The notes under the pieces are model-generated. The model did not search any database and was not told the DNA's origin. It saw nothing but the letters and a program-made list of their open reading frames with translations. A stretch of 64,000 bases of DNA from the NCBI RefSeq assembly GCF_028368995.1, contig NZ_JAQNDL010000001.1, positions 2,240,001 to 2,304,000 on the forward strand, written 5' to 3'. The position numbers were made by a program, and so were the translations under genes. Source of the stretch: Nannocystis bainbridge (GTDB taxonomy: Bacteria > Myxococcota_A > Polyangia > Nannocystales > Nannocystaceae). Positions 55,585 through 64,000 of this stretch are shown in pieces (within the stretch, counting starts at the first letter, position 1; the number at the start of each line of letters is the position of its first letter).

Positions 55585-55770
55585 CCCCCACGGCGCCGGC
55601 GTCACATCGAGCGCAGCTCGGCCATTCGCCGCTCGGCCATTCGCAGCTCGGCCATCCGCCGCTCGACCAGCTTTCGCTCCGCCTCTTCCGCCCGCGACCC
55701 GACCCCACGGCGCCGGCGTCACATCGGGCGCAGCTCGGCCATCCGCCGCTCGACCAGCTTTCGCTCCGCC
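55585..55770. repeat. Duplication of the 3' end of the adjacent gene with internal 12-15 bp expansions
   Basis: CCCCACGGCGCCGGCGTCACATCG(A/G)GCGCAGCTCGGCCAT..CCGCCGCTCGACCAGCTTTCGCTCCGCC occurs at about 55585 and 55703. Confidence 0.9.
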
Positions 55771-56639
55771 GCTTCGGGCTCCGGACACGCCAGATAGCTC
55801 TTGAACAACAAGCTCGCGTTGGCGGGGTTCTTGAACGCGATCTGCTCGATCGCAGCGAGGTAGAGCCGCTCGTGCAGCGGCAGCAGCGCGTCGACCGCCA
55901 TCCGTTCGCCGCTCGAGGCCAACGACTTCAGCAACCCCAGCTCGCGCTGCGCCGCATCGGCCGCGCCGCTGCGGTCGTACACCAGGGCCAGGAGCAGCGA
56001 CGTGCGCACCTGATCGCGCGAGGCCGCCCGCTCGCGGGCCCGATGCGACAGCTCCAGCGCCTGGGCCAGATCTCCGGCCAGCAGCGCCGCGACCGCCGCC
56101 AGCCGATCGAGGCGATAGCCCTCGACCTCCGCCCGTGCCTCCGCCTGCGCCAACGCCGACCGGGCCAGCGCCGGCTCGCCGAGGCCGATCGCCGCGATCG
56201 CCGTCATCACCCACGTCATCGGCGGCGGCGCTTGCCCGCGCCGGCTCGCCTCGCTCCGCGCCGTCGCCAGCCACTGCGCCGCCCGCTTGCGGCTCTGTCG
56301 CTGCGCCTCCGCCAGCGCCTCGACTTCGCTGGCCAGGTTCGACAGCGGCGGCAAACCCGGCACCTGCGTCAGCTCCAGCATCGCCGCCGCCACCAACACC
56401 GCCGGCGCCCCCGGACACAACCGGGCCCGCTCCGCCCACAAGTTCGTTCCATCCGCGCCGACCAACTGCTTGGCGACGGCGATCTCCGCGGTCCGCTCGA
56501 GCTCGCGGCACTGACTCCACGGACGGCTGCCCGCCTGAGCCCAGACCGTGGGCGGATCGGGCGGCCGGGGTTGCCACCCCGCGGGCGCGAGCGTCAGCCA
56601 GATCGCCGCCACGAACGACATCGAACGCGAGCCTAGCAC
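55719..56639 (-). CDS. Secreted TPR-like helical protein
   Basis: Signal-like N-terminus and Ala/Leu-rich helical repeats (LALVYDRSG). Confidence 0.7.
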   Translation of the reverse strand: MLGSRSMSFVAAIWLTLAPAGWQPRPPDPPTVWAQAGSRPWSQCRELERTAEIAVAKQLVGADGTNLWAERARLCPGAPAVLVAAAMLELTQVPGLPPLSNLASEVEALAEAQRQSRKRAAQWLATARSEASRRGQAPPPMTWVMTAIAAIGLGEPALARSALAQAEARAEVEGYRLDRLAAVAALLAGDLAQALELSHRARERAASRDQVRTSLLLALVYDRSGAADAAQRELGLLKSLASSGERMAVDALLPLHERLYLAAIEQIAFKNPANASLLFKSYLACPEPEAAERKLVERRMAELRPM

Positions 56640-56725
56640 CTCGCATCGCCCGCTGCGGGCGCCCCGGCATCAGCACTTCGCGCCGAATTTTTGGTCCTCG
56701 CCCGCCCACGTCGCACACTCGCCGC

Positions 56726-57472
56726 GTGACTCCCCGGCCTTCCGTTCGCGCCGGCCAGGGCAACCGGCGGCGCCGGCCTCCCGCCCAGGCGGCAGCTCGC
56801 CGACACACGCGCTGGCTCGTGAACCAACTCCGCCGCGGCGCGCTCGTCGTGCGCGGCCTGCCCGCTCGCCTGCAGACCCGGATCGCCTGGCGCAGGGCCG
56901 GGCAGCTCGTGGCCGAACAGGGCCGGGCGCTCGTACCCGCGGCCCAGCGCGCCTTTGCCGGCGTCGGCAAGGGCCTCGACCGCGGCGCCAGCGAGCTCGG
57001 CCGCTCCGCCGTCGCCAGTGGACGCGGCCTCAACAGCCTGTCCCAGCTGAGCGCGGGCTGCTTGCGTCGCTTCTCGCACCTGAGCCTGCGCGGCTTCGCC
57101 CAGCTCGCTCGCCTGTCGCGGATCGCCGGTCTCGCCCTGGGCCGCGGCGCTCGCCGATTTGGCGTCGCCAGCGCTGTCCTGGCTCGCCATGTCGGAGCCT
57201 TCCTGTGGGCGCGACGCACGATCCTGCGCGCGCTGGCGCTCCGCGGCGCCTGGTGGGGTGCCCTGGCCCTGTTGTGGTTCGGCGGCCGGGCCCTCCTCGA
57301 CCTGCAGGTCCCGCTCGCCCAGGACGCCCTCCCCCTGTTCCTCGTCGGCCTGGCCCTGTGCTTGCCGCTCTTCTTCGCGGGTGCTGCGCGCCTGCGCTGG
57401 GCCGGCTTTGCTCTCGGAGCCGGCCACGCCGCGCTCGCGGTGCTGGTCTGGACCATCACGACGACCGGCTGA
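56726..57472 (+). CDS. Hypothetical membrane protein (basic N-terminus, three C-terminal TM helices)
   Basis: C-terminal hydrophobic helices in ORF 56135..57472. Start inferred. Confidence 0.55.
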   Translation: MTPRPSVRAGQGNRRRRPPAQAAARRHTRWLVNQLRRGALVVRGLPARLQTRIAWRRAGQLVAEQGRALVPAAQRAFAGVGKGLDRGASELGRSAVASGRGLNSLSQLSAGCLRRFSHLSLRGFAQLARLSRIAGLALGRGARRFGVASAVLARHVGAFLWARRTILRALALRGAWWGALALLWFGGRALLDLQVPLAQDALPLFLVGLALCLPLFFAGAARLRWAGFALGAGHAALAVLVWTITTTG

Positions 57473-57513
57473 CACCCCTTGGCGAGCCCGTGCGCACGCG
57501 ATACGCCTGATGC

Positions 57514-59136
57514 GTGCTCCCTCGTGGGCCTCTGCGTCCCGTCGTGCTGACCCTCTCGGCCGGCCTCCTCGCGCTCGGCTGCCGGGCCGATGGCGCGCCG
57601 ATCGACGACGACACCGGCAGCGACACCGGCACCGGCAGCGACACCGAGGCCAGCGACGTCCCGAGCCCCGGCTTCCTCAACCCGGCGCTCGGCGACTTCA
57701 TCGTCTCCAGCACGCAATATGTCCCAAAGGACATCGTCGTCCAGAAGATCACCGTGGGCAACACCCAGCTGATCATCGACGGCCAGACCGCCGGCACGCT
57801 CGGCCCGGGTAGCGCGCTCGGCGAACTGACCGGCGATCGTCTGCGGATCTTCCTCCACGGCGCCCTCGCGCTCGGCACCCACACCCTGCAGATGGCCTCG
57901 CACACCCCCGAAGGCCCGCTGTTTTCGGCCGAGCTGACCATGAACGTCACGGCGCCGGAGATCCAGTTGCCGCGGGTCTGGACCGAGCTCGAGCCCGACC
58001 CGCGCGATGTCGGCGACGCCCTGCTCGTCAGCGGCGCCGGCTCTGACAGCCTCCTCGGCGTCCTCGCTCGCGGCCCCGTCCCGACGCTCCGCCTCTACCG
58101 CGCGGATGCCGACACCTGGGCCGAGACGCCCTTGCTCGAGACTACACTCAAGGGACATGTCCCGGAGGCCATGGCCTTCGCGCCAGGTATCGCCGCGCTC
58201 GCGCTGCCGCCGACGCCCGGCAGTGACATCAGCGTCGTGCGCATCGCCTATCGCCGCGGCATGCCGGGCGACGCCATCGTCACCCACGACTTCACGATCG
58301 CCCCCGAGGCGGGCATCGGCCCCCTGCAGACGGCCGTCGACCTGTCGGCCGACATCTTCGGCCACGCCGAGTTCACCATGCTCGGTCGGCCCTTCCTCCT
58401 CGGCGACGTCCTGTTCGCGGAGTTCATCGCCGCCGACGACGCCGAGATCCCTCACCCCGGCGATCGCGGCATCGCCTACGTGCGACGAAGCAGCGATCGC
58501 AGCAACTGGTCGCCGCCGGAGCGGGTCCCGACCGCGAAACCGCTCGATCTCGACGCACTCGGCCCCGCGCTCTCCCTGCCACACCTCAGCCTCGGCGCCG
58601 GCATCTCCGTGCGCCTCGGTCAGCGCCTCACCGGCATTCTCTCCCTCTCGGACGCCGGCGCCGCCCTCGTCTCCGAGCCGGGCGAGGACATCGACCTGCT
58701 GCCCGGCGTGCCCGCGGTCCTCAGCACGATCTCCAGCAACCTCGGCGCCCGCACCGTCGCCGCCGTCACCCCCGATCGAGGCGTCGGCATCGCGTTCCTC
58801 GGCACCACCGGCAAGCCCGACAACACCGCCGTCACCGTCCCCCGCGAGAAGCTGCCCGACGCCCGCATCACCGCCCAGCCCGCCGCCGGCGTCCTCCTCG
58901 GCTACTCCGTGTTCCTCCTGCCCTACGGCGACGCCGCGCCCGTGCACCTGGTGTTCGGCGACGGCATGCGCACCTACGTCTTTCCGCTCGTCGACCCCGA
59001 GCCGCTGTCGTGCCGCGCCGTCGCGCTGATGCCCAGCCTCGGGGGGAACCTCGACGCCCCGGGCATCCCGCTCGCCTGCCTTCAGGGCGAATCGCTGCGC
59101 GTCGGCGTCCTCAAGGCGGGCCCCGCCGAGCTCTGA
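57514..59136 (+). CDS. Hypothetical lipoprotein
   Basis: Lipobox LALGC, a DTG linker, and a beta-rich body. Confidence 0.75.
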   Translation: MLPRGPLRPVVLTLSAGLLALGCRADGAPIDDDTGSDTGTGSDTEASDVPSPGFLNPALGDFIVSSTQYVPKDIVVQKITVGNTQLIIDGQTAGTLGPGSALGELTGDRLRIFLHGALALGTHTLQMASHTPEGPLFSAELTMNVTAPEIQLPRVWTELEPDPRDVGDALLVSGAGSDSLLGVLARGPVPTLRLYRADADTWAETPLLETTLKGHVPEAMAFAPGIAALALPPTPGSDISVVRIAYRRGMPGDAIVTHDFTIAPEAGIGPLQTAVDLSADIFGHAEFTMLGRPFLLGDVLFAEFIAADDAEIPHPGDRGIAYVRRSSDRSNWSPPERVPTAKPLDLDALGPALSLPHLSLGAGISVRLGQRLTGILSLSDAGAALVSEPGEDIDLLPGVPAVLSTISSNLGARTVAAVTPDRGVGIAFLGTTGKPDNTAVTVPREKLPDARITAQPAAGVLLGYSVFLLPYGDAAPVHLVFGDGMRTYVFPLVDPEPLSCRAVALMPSLGGNLDAPGIPLACLQGESLRVGVLKAGPAEL

Positions 59137-59289
59137 GGGGCCCTCGCCACCGCCGCCGGAGCCGCGGGAGGGCGCATCGCTCGTGATCGATCGCTCACGC
59201 CGTCGCCGCGGCGGTGGCGACCGATCTGCCGCCGCTGCCGCCGCCCGCGAAGTGGCGCCCACGGGAGCCGCCGATATACTGCCCACCTC

Positions 59290-60327
59290 GTGTCGGTGCT
59301 CCGCAAGATCGCCCTCGGACTCGTCCTCCTCGTCCTGATCCTCCTCGGCCTCGCCGCCTGGATGTTGCGCTCGCGCGCCGAGGCGATTCCCGACGAACTG
59401 CCCGCGATCAACGTCGCCGAGGCCGACCCGCAAAAGCTCGTCATCCCCGGGAGCGGCGGCCTCGGCGACCTCGTGCTCGCCGACCTCAAGGGTCGCACCG
59501 TCTACCTGATCGTCGAGGACCGCGAGAGCATGGCTGCCCGCGAATCGTCCGCGATGAGCCGCGCCATGGCCCGCTGGGGCTATCCGGACACCGTGTCCGG
59601 TTTCGCCGTCGGCGACGCCGACGGCTTCGCCCTCCTCGCCTCGAAGATCGAAGAGTTCGTCGGACCGATGCGGCCCGAGCTGCGGCTGCCGCTCTACATC
59701 GACTTTCAGGGCGCCGTCACCAAGACTTTCAAACTCCCGAAAGGCCACGTCGGGATCGTCGTCATCGACCCGACCGGCGCCGTCGCCTATCGCCACAGCG
59801 GCAAGATGGAGCCGGCCGAGATTGAGAAGCTGCGCGGCCTCCTGGGAGCGACGCTCCCAGTCGTGAGCCCCGCCCCCGCGTTCAAGGTCGGCGAGCTCGA
59901 CAACGCCGCCTGCGCGGGCCGCACCTGCGCCATGGTCTTCCTCGGAGGTCCGGTCGCCCGCAAGGACATCCCCGGCGGCAAGCAGGGCTTCGAAGGCAGC
60001 AACGACGACAGCATGAAGCAGTTCGCCAAGCCCGACGTTCGCCTGGCCGGGATCGTCGTCGACAGCGACACGAAGCTCGATTCGGGCAAGGTCGGCGCCC
60101 AGCTCGTCGGCCAGATCGACGGCGCCGAGCTCAAGCACTGGAAGACCGCCCCCGACAGCAGCGAGGCCCGCGCAGCCTTCCAGATCCCCGCCGGCGAGGC
60201 TGCCCTCGTCGTCCTCGATCCGCAGGGCAACGTCGTCATGCGCGAGCTCGGCCGCGTGCCGATGTACAAGTTCGGCATCCTCTCCGAGTTCATCGGCGTC
60301 GAGCTCAGCGACCGCGACGAGCCCTGA
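59290..60327 (+). CDS. Membrane-anchored protein with two putative thioredoxin-like folds
   Basis: N-terminal TM helix. LADLKGRTVYL..IVVIDPTGAVAYRHSG is repeated as APAF..LVVLDPQGNVV. Confidence 0.7.
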   Translation: MSVLRKIALGLVLLVLILLGLAAWMLRSRAEAIPDELPAINVAEADPQKLVIPGSGGLGDLVLADLKGRTVYLIVEDRESMAARESSAMSRAMARWGYPDTVSGFAVGDADGFALLASKIEEFVGPMRPELRLPLYIDFQGAVTKTFKLPKGHVGIVVIDPTGAVAYRHSGKMEPAEIEKLRGLLGATLPVVSPAPAFKVGELDNAACAGRTCAMVFLGGPVARKDIPGGKQGFEGSNDDSMKQFAKPDVRLAGIVVDSDTKLDSGKVGAQLVGQIDGAELKHWKTAPDSSEARAAFQIPAGEAALVVLDPQGNVVMRELGRVPMYKFGILSEFIGVELSDRDEP

Positions 60328-60482
60328 TCTCCGGGGCCGCCGCCGTCCTGCCGTCGCAACCTCGTCCGGGGCGACGACCGGCCTCTCGACCTCGTGCTTC
60401 ACGCTCGCCGGTCTCTCGACCTCGTCCGCCGCGCCGAGCGGCTGCGCCGCCGAGTCCTGCTGCCGATCGAGCTCGCGGCGTC

Positions 60483-61202
60483 TCAGCAGAGCGCCGAGAG
60501 GCCCTCGACGTCGACGAGCACGACCGTGCGTCCGAGCAGATTGACGAGGCCTCGCTTGCGAAAGCTCGCCAGCGCCAGCGAAATGGTCTCGCGGGTCGAC
60601 CCGATCAAGTTGGCCATCTCTTGATGCGTGATCTTGAGGTCGACCTTGATCCCATCGTCGGTCTCGTGCCCGTACTCGCGGCCGAGCTCGAGTAGCAGCG
60701 CCGCCAGCTTGGCGTGGACGTCGCGGAACACGAAGTGCTCGAGCCTGGTCTCCGCGGTGCGCCGCCGCTGGGCCAGCACCTGGGAGAAGCGGAACGCGAG
60801 CACCGGGTCGGAGAAGATGAGGTCTCGCAGGGGTTCTCGCGGCAGTAGCGCCACGATCGCGTGCTTCATCACCTCCGCCATCTCTTCGCGCGGCGCGCCC
60901 GTAAATACGCACAGCTCCCCGAAGAACGCCCCTGGCCCGTGGTAGTCGAGGGTCAGCTCCTTGTCGTCGCGCGACACCTTGCTGCACTTGACCCGGCCGC
61001 CCTGCAGGAAGAACACGTGCTCGCCCGGGTCGCCCGGCAAGTACACGATCTGTCGCCGGCGAAATTCCTTGATCTCCACCACCGCGGCGAGCGCCCTCAA
61101 GTGCTCGCCGCCCACGCCCTCGAACAGTGGGATCTTGCGCAGGTACCAGAGCACCCGGCGCTCGTCCCTGGGCGGAGCAGGCTCCTTGGCGGCTTGATGC
61201 AT
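60483..61202 (-). CDS. Crp/Fnr family transcriptional regulator
   Basis: cNMP domain GAFFGELC..PRE and HTH ITHQEMANLIGSTRETIS. Confidence 0.93.
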   Translation of the reverse strand: MHQAAKEPAPPRDERRVLWYLRKIPLFEGVGGEHLRALAAVVEIKEFRRRQIVYLPGDPGEHVFFLQGGRVKCSKVSRDDKELTLDYHGPGAFFGELCVFTGAPREEMAEVMKHAIVALLPREPLRDLIFSDPVLAFRFSQVLAQRRRTAETRLEHFVFRDVHAKLAALLLELGREYGHETDDGIKVDLKITHQEMANLIGSTRETISLALASFRKRGLVNLLGRTVVLVDVEGLSALC

Positions 61203-61305
61203 GCGCGCTCTCGCTACCTCCTAAACTACGAGGCTTTGCGGATCCGCGCAATCTGGGAAACGCTCCGCCATCAGCGGCCTGCGCTGCTACCCTGAGAGTT
61301 CCCCC

Positions 61306-62847
61306 ATGTCGATCGCCAGCGGGCTCCCGTCTCCCATCCGCAGAGTGCTTCAGGAGGGCGAGCTCGTCCTCGAAGCTCCGTTCACCCGCCGGATCTTCAC
61401 CAACCGCGACCTCGCGTTCGACCAGATCGGCGTCATCGGCTTCGACATGGATTACACCCTGGCGCTCTATCGCCAGGAAGAGCTCGAGGCGCTGTCGATC
61501 CGCTGCACCCTCGACAAGCTGATCGCCCGCGGCTACCCCGAAGCGCTGCGCGACACGCAGGCCGATCCTGCGTTCGCGATCCGCGGCCTCGTGGTCGACA
61601 AGACGTACGGCAACATCATCAAGATGGACCGGCACGGTTACGTCGGGCGCGCCTATCACGGCAAGAACCTGCTGCCCAAGCCGACGCGCAAGGCCCTCTA
61701 CCGCGCCCAGCGCCTCGGTACCGAGCGCGAGCGCTTCGCCCCGGTCGACACCCTGTTCGCGCTGCCCGAAGTCACCATGTACGCCGAGGTCGTCGACTGC
61801 ATCGACCAGCGACCCGACCTGTGGCCCTCCGGCCCGCCGACGTACACGCAGGCGTGGACCGACGTGCGCGAGTGCATCGACCAGGCTCATCAAGACGGCT
61901 CGCTCAAGGACCTGATCCAGGCCGACCTCCCGCGCTACTTCCAGCTCGACCTCGAGCTCGGACCGACGCTCCACAAGTTCCGCTCGGCCGGCAAGCGCCT
62001 GTTCCTCCTCACCAACAGCCTCCTGCCCTACACCGAGTCGGTGCTCGGCTACGTCCTCGGCGGGCAGATGTCGGCCTACGCCACCTGGCGCGACTACTTC
62101 GACTGGGTCATCGTCGGCGCGCGCAAGCCGGAGTTCTTCACCGGCAACAATCCGTTCCAGGAGCTCGACGCGACCGCCAACCCGCTCGGACGCCCCACCG
62201 GCGAGCCGCGCCGCGGCCGGATCTACAACGGAGGCAATCAGCTCGGGCTGCAAGCCGCGCTCGGTGTCCACCCCGACGAGGTGCTCTACGTGGGCGACCA
62301 CATCTACGGCGACATCGTCCGCAGCAAGAAGAGCTCCGGCTGGCGCACCGCGCTGGTCGTCGAGGACCTCGAGCACGAGCTCGGCATCCGCCGCGACCGC
62401 CAGATCCCGCTCAAGGAGGTCGAACAATTGTCGTCCCTCCGGATCTCGCTCGCCGACGAGCTCTCGGCGCAACGCTATCTGTCGCGCCTGCTCGCGCGCA
62501 TGACTCCCGACGATCTGGTCCGCCAGGGCGTCGCCCCCGAGGCGGCGGAGAGCCTGCTCGCCGACACCCGAATCCAGGTCCGGCGCCGCTTCGACCGCCT
62601 CCGCAAGTACGAGGAAGAGATGGCTGCCACCCTGGAGCGCCGAATCGCCGATGTCGACGAGGCCTTCAACCCCTACTGGGGCTCGGTGTTCGCCGCTCGC
62701 CGCGATTCGAGCCGCTTCGGCGCGCAGGTCGAGAGCTACGCCTGCATCTACACCAGCCGCGTCACCAACTTTCGCTACATCTCGCCGACCCGCTACTTCC
62801 ATTCGCCCCACGGCTCGATGTCCCACTGGCACTCGTCCGCCAAGTGA
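61306..62847 (+). CDS. HAD-IG family 5'-nucleotidase (cN-II type)
   Basis: GFDMDYTLA, LLTNS, ARKPEFF, YVGDHIYGDI, FNPYWG. Confidence 0.93.
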   Translation: MSIASGLPSPIRRVLQEGELVLEAPFTRRIFTNRDLAFDQIGVIGFDMDYTLALYRQEELEALSIRCTLDKLIARGYPEALRDTQADPAFAIRGLVVDKTYGNIIKMDRHGYVGRAYHGKNLLPKPTRKALYRAQRLGTERERFAPVDTLFALPEVTMYAEVVDCIDQRPDLWPSGPPTYTQAWTDVRECIDQAHQDGSLKDLIQADLPRYFQLDLELGPTLHKFRSAGKRLFLLTNSLLPYTESVLGYVLGGQMSAYATWRDYFDWVIVGARKPEFFTGNNPFQELDATANPLGRPTGEPRRGRIYNGGNQLGLQAALGVHPDEVLYVGDHIYGDIVRSKKSSGWRTALVVEDLEHELGIRRDRQIPLKEVEQLSSLRISLADELSAQRYLSRLLARMTPDDLVRQGVAPEAAESLLADTRIQVRRRFDRLRKYEEEMAATLERRIADVDEAFNPYWGSVFAARRDSSRFGAQVESYACIYTSRVTNFRYISPTRYFHSPHGSMSHWHSSAK

Positions 62848-62862
62848 GCGACGCTCGCGCGC

Positions 62863-63282
62863 ATGAAGTCGTACCGCGAAGAGCTGTGGTTCCAGACCGA
62901 CTCCCGACGCGCCTACCTCAACATCACCGGGCAGGTCGAGGCCGCGGTCCGCAAGAGCGGCGTGCGTGAGGGGCTCTGCCTCGTCAACGCGATGCACATC
63001 ACCGCCAGCGTCTACATCAACGACGACGAGCCCGGCCTGCTGCAGGACTATGACGACTTCCTCGAGCGCCTGGCACCGCACGCGCCGACCAGCCACTACC
63101 GGCACAACCGCACCGGCGAGGACAACGGCGACGCCCACATCAAGCGCCAGTTGATGGGGCGGGAGGTGGTCGTGGCCATCACCGAAGGCAAGCTCGACTT
63201 CGGCCCCTGGGAGCAGATCTTCTACGCCGAGTTCGACGGCCGCCGCCGCAAGCGAGCGCTGATCAAGATCATCGGCGAGTGA
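62863..63282 (+). CDS. yjbQ: YjbQ/UPF0047 family protein
   Basis: [36 protein letters not shown]. Confidence 0.92.
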   Translation: MKSYREELWFQTDSRRAYLNITGQVEAAVRKSGVREGLCLVNAMHITASVYINDDEPGLLQDYDDFLERLAPHAPTSHYRHNRTGEDNGDAHIKRQLMGREVVVAITEGKLDFGPWEQIFYAEFDGRRRKRALIKIIGE

Positions 63283-64000
63283 TGCCGCGACGTCATCGAG
63301 GCGACCGCCGATACAAGCGGCGACCCGAGGACCCAGCAGGGCCCGTCGCCGCGGCCCGGAGGCCTGATCGCCGACCGGGCGAGAAGCCCCACACTCCGAG
63401 CCCGAAGGCTGCCATGCCGGGAACCGTTCGTATCGCTCGCTCCTGACTGTGACACGAATCGTCGCGTCGTCCGGAGTTGGGCGCAGCGCTGCCCGGGCGA
63501 AGGCGGTTCTTTCCACGCCGCCCTTCGGCATCACAGTCTCGGACATGTGAATCGCCCTGGCCACGGCACCAGAGTATCGCCTCCCCCGCGGCGCGCCAGG
63601 TCCGACGATTCGTGCTTCCTCACCAAATATCGTTGGGTACACCCAATCGCAGCAGTTCATCCCCAATCACGCTTGCATGCATTAAATCGTGGCACTGCGG
63701 ATCCGCATCGATTAGCTTGTCGACATGGCTCGCGTTCGCGCCATTGTTGGAGTCACCCATGCTCGCGCCGATCCCCCCGTCGCCAGGCTTTCGCTCGCAC
63801 CTCGGCTCCGACTCTTCGGGGCACAGCCATCGCGCCGCTTTGTCAGCATGGCAATGACCTGTCTCTGAAGCCATGGCATCCCCAACTCCAGTGGGTCCCC
63901 CCCCGCCCGCGCTGCCCAACGCTACTTGGGTGCACTCCTGCAAACAGGCTCTCACGCCCTCTATGACCCTGTTTACGCTTGGCAAGCTCCGTGCAGAGGC

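Noticed and set aside
60358-60427. Short CTCTCGACCTCGT direct repeat between convergent genes
   Set aside because: Too short and too few copies to support a functional call.
47833-63666. 5277-aa minus-strand ORF
   Set aside because: Shadow frame. Eight of nine real plus-strand genes here start at positions equal to 1 mod 3 (exact antisense register), and all four real minus-strand genes put their G/C third base at this frame's first position, so stop codons are suppressed. The translation has no domains. The frame coincidence is curious but is what creates the ORF.
63620-63985. 121-aa minus-strand ORF
   Set aside because: Atypical codon usage and no recognisable motifs. It may be part of a gene starting beyond the window, but this cannot be supported here.

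Overview
High-GC (about 70% or more by eye) bacterial chromosomal segment. Gene content points to a myxobacterium, probably Nannocystaceae-like (inference): Thr/Asp-rich lipoproteins, an ADYC protein, Ser/Thr kinases with TPR or beta-propeller tails, and ECF sigma factors. It holds about 55 CDS. Housekeeping genes include fumC, groES-groEL with a CIRCE-like element, panB, panC, panE, a Rieske/cytochrome b-c pair, aminotransferases plus an omega-amidase, an ABC1 kinase, a 5'-nucleotidase and yjbQ. There is also a CDP-sugar/Wzx polysaccharide operon followed by an ECF-kinase pair, a DUF1501-type exported cluster and many orphan lipoproteins. I saw no rRNA, tRNA, CRISPR array or intact mobile element. 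The strongest unexplained signal is a 14-bp palindrome, TGTCY-N4-VGACA (TGTC-N6-GACA). I count at least 16 exact copies by eye against about 0.5 expected. Copies form head-to-tail arrays with 14-bp phasing, giving GACATGTC junctions (at least 17 exact), both in intergenic regions and inside genes. This suggests an undescribed chromosome-wide protein-binding or architectural motif. Other notable items: a lipoprotein with tandem truncated-globin domains and a P-domain (missed by the ORF track), a TerB-PPP phosphatase fusion, a higher-order intergenic repeat, and a duplicated gene 3' end. All counts are manual and should be recomputed.
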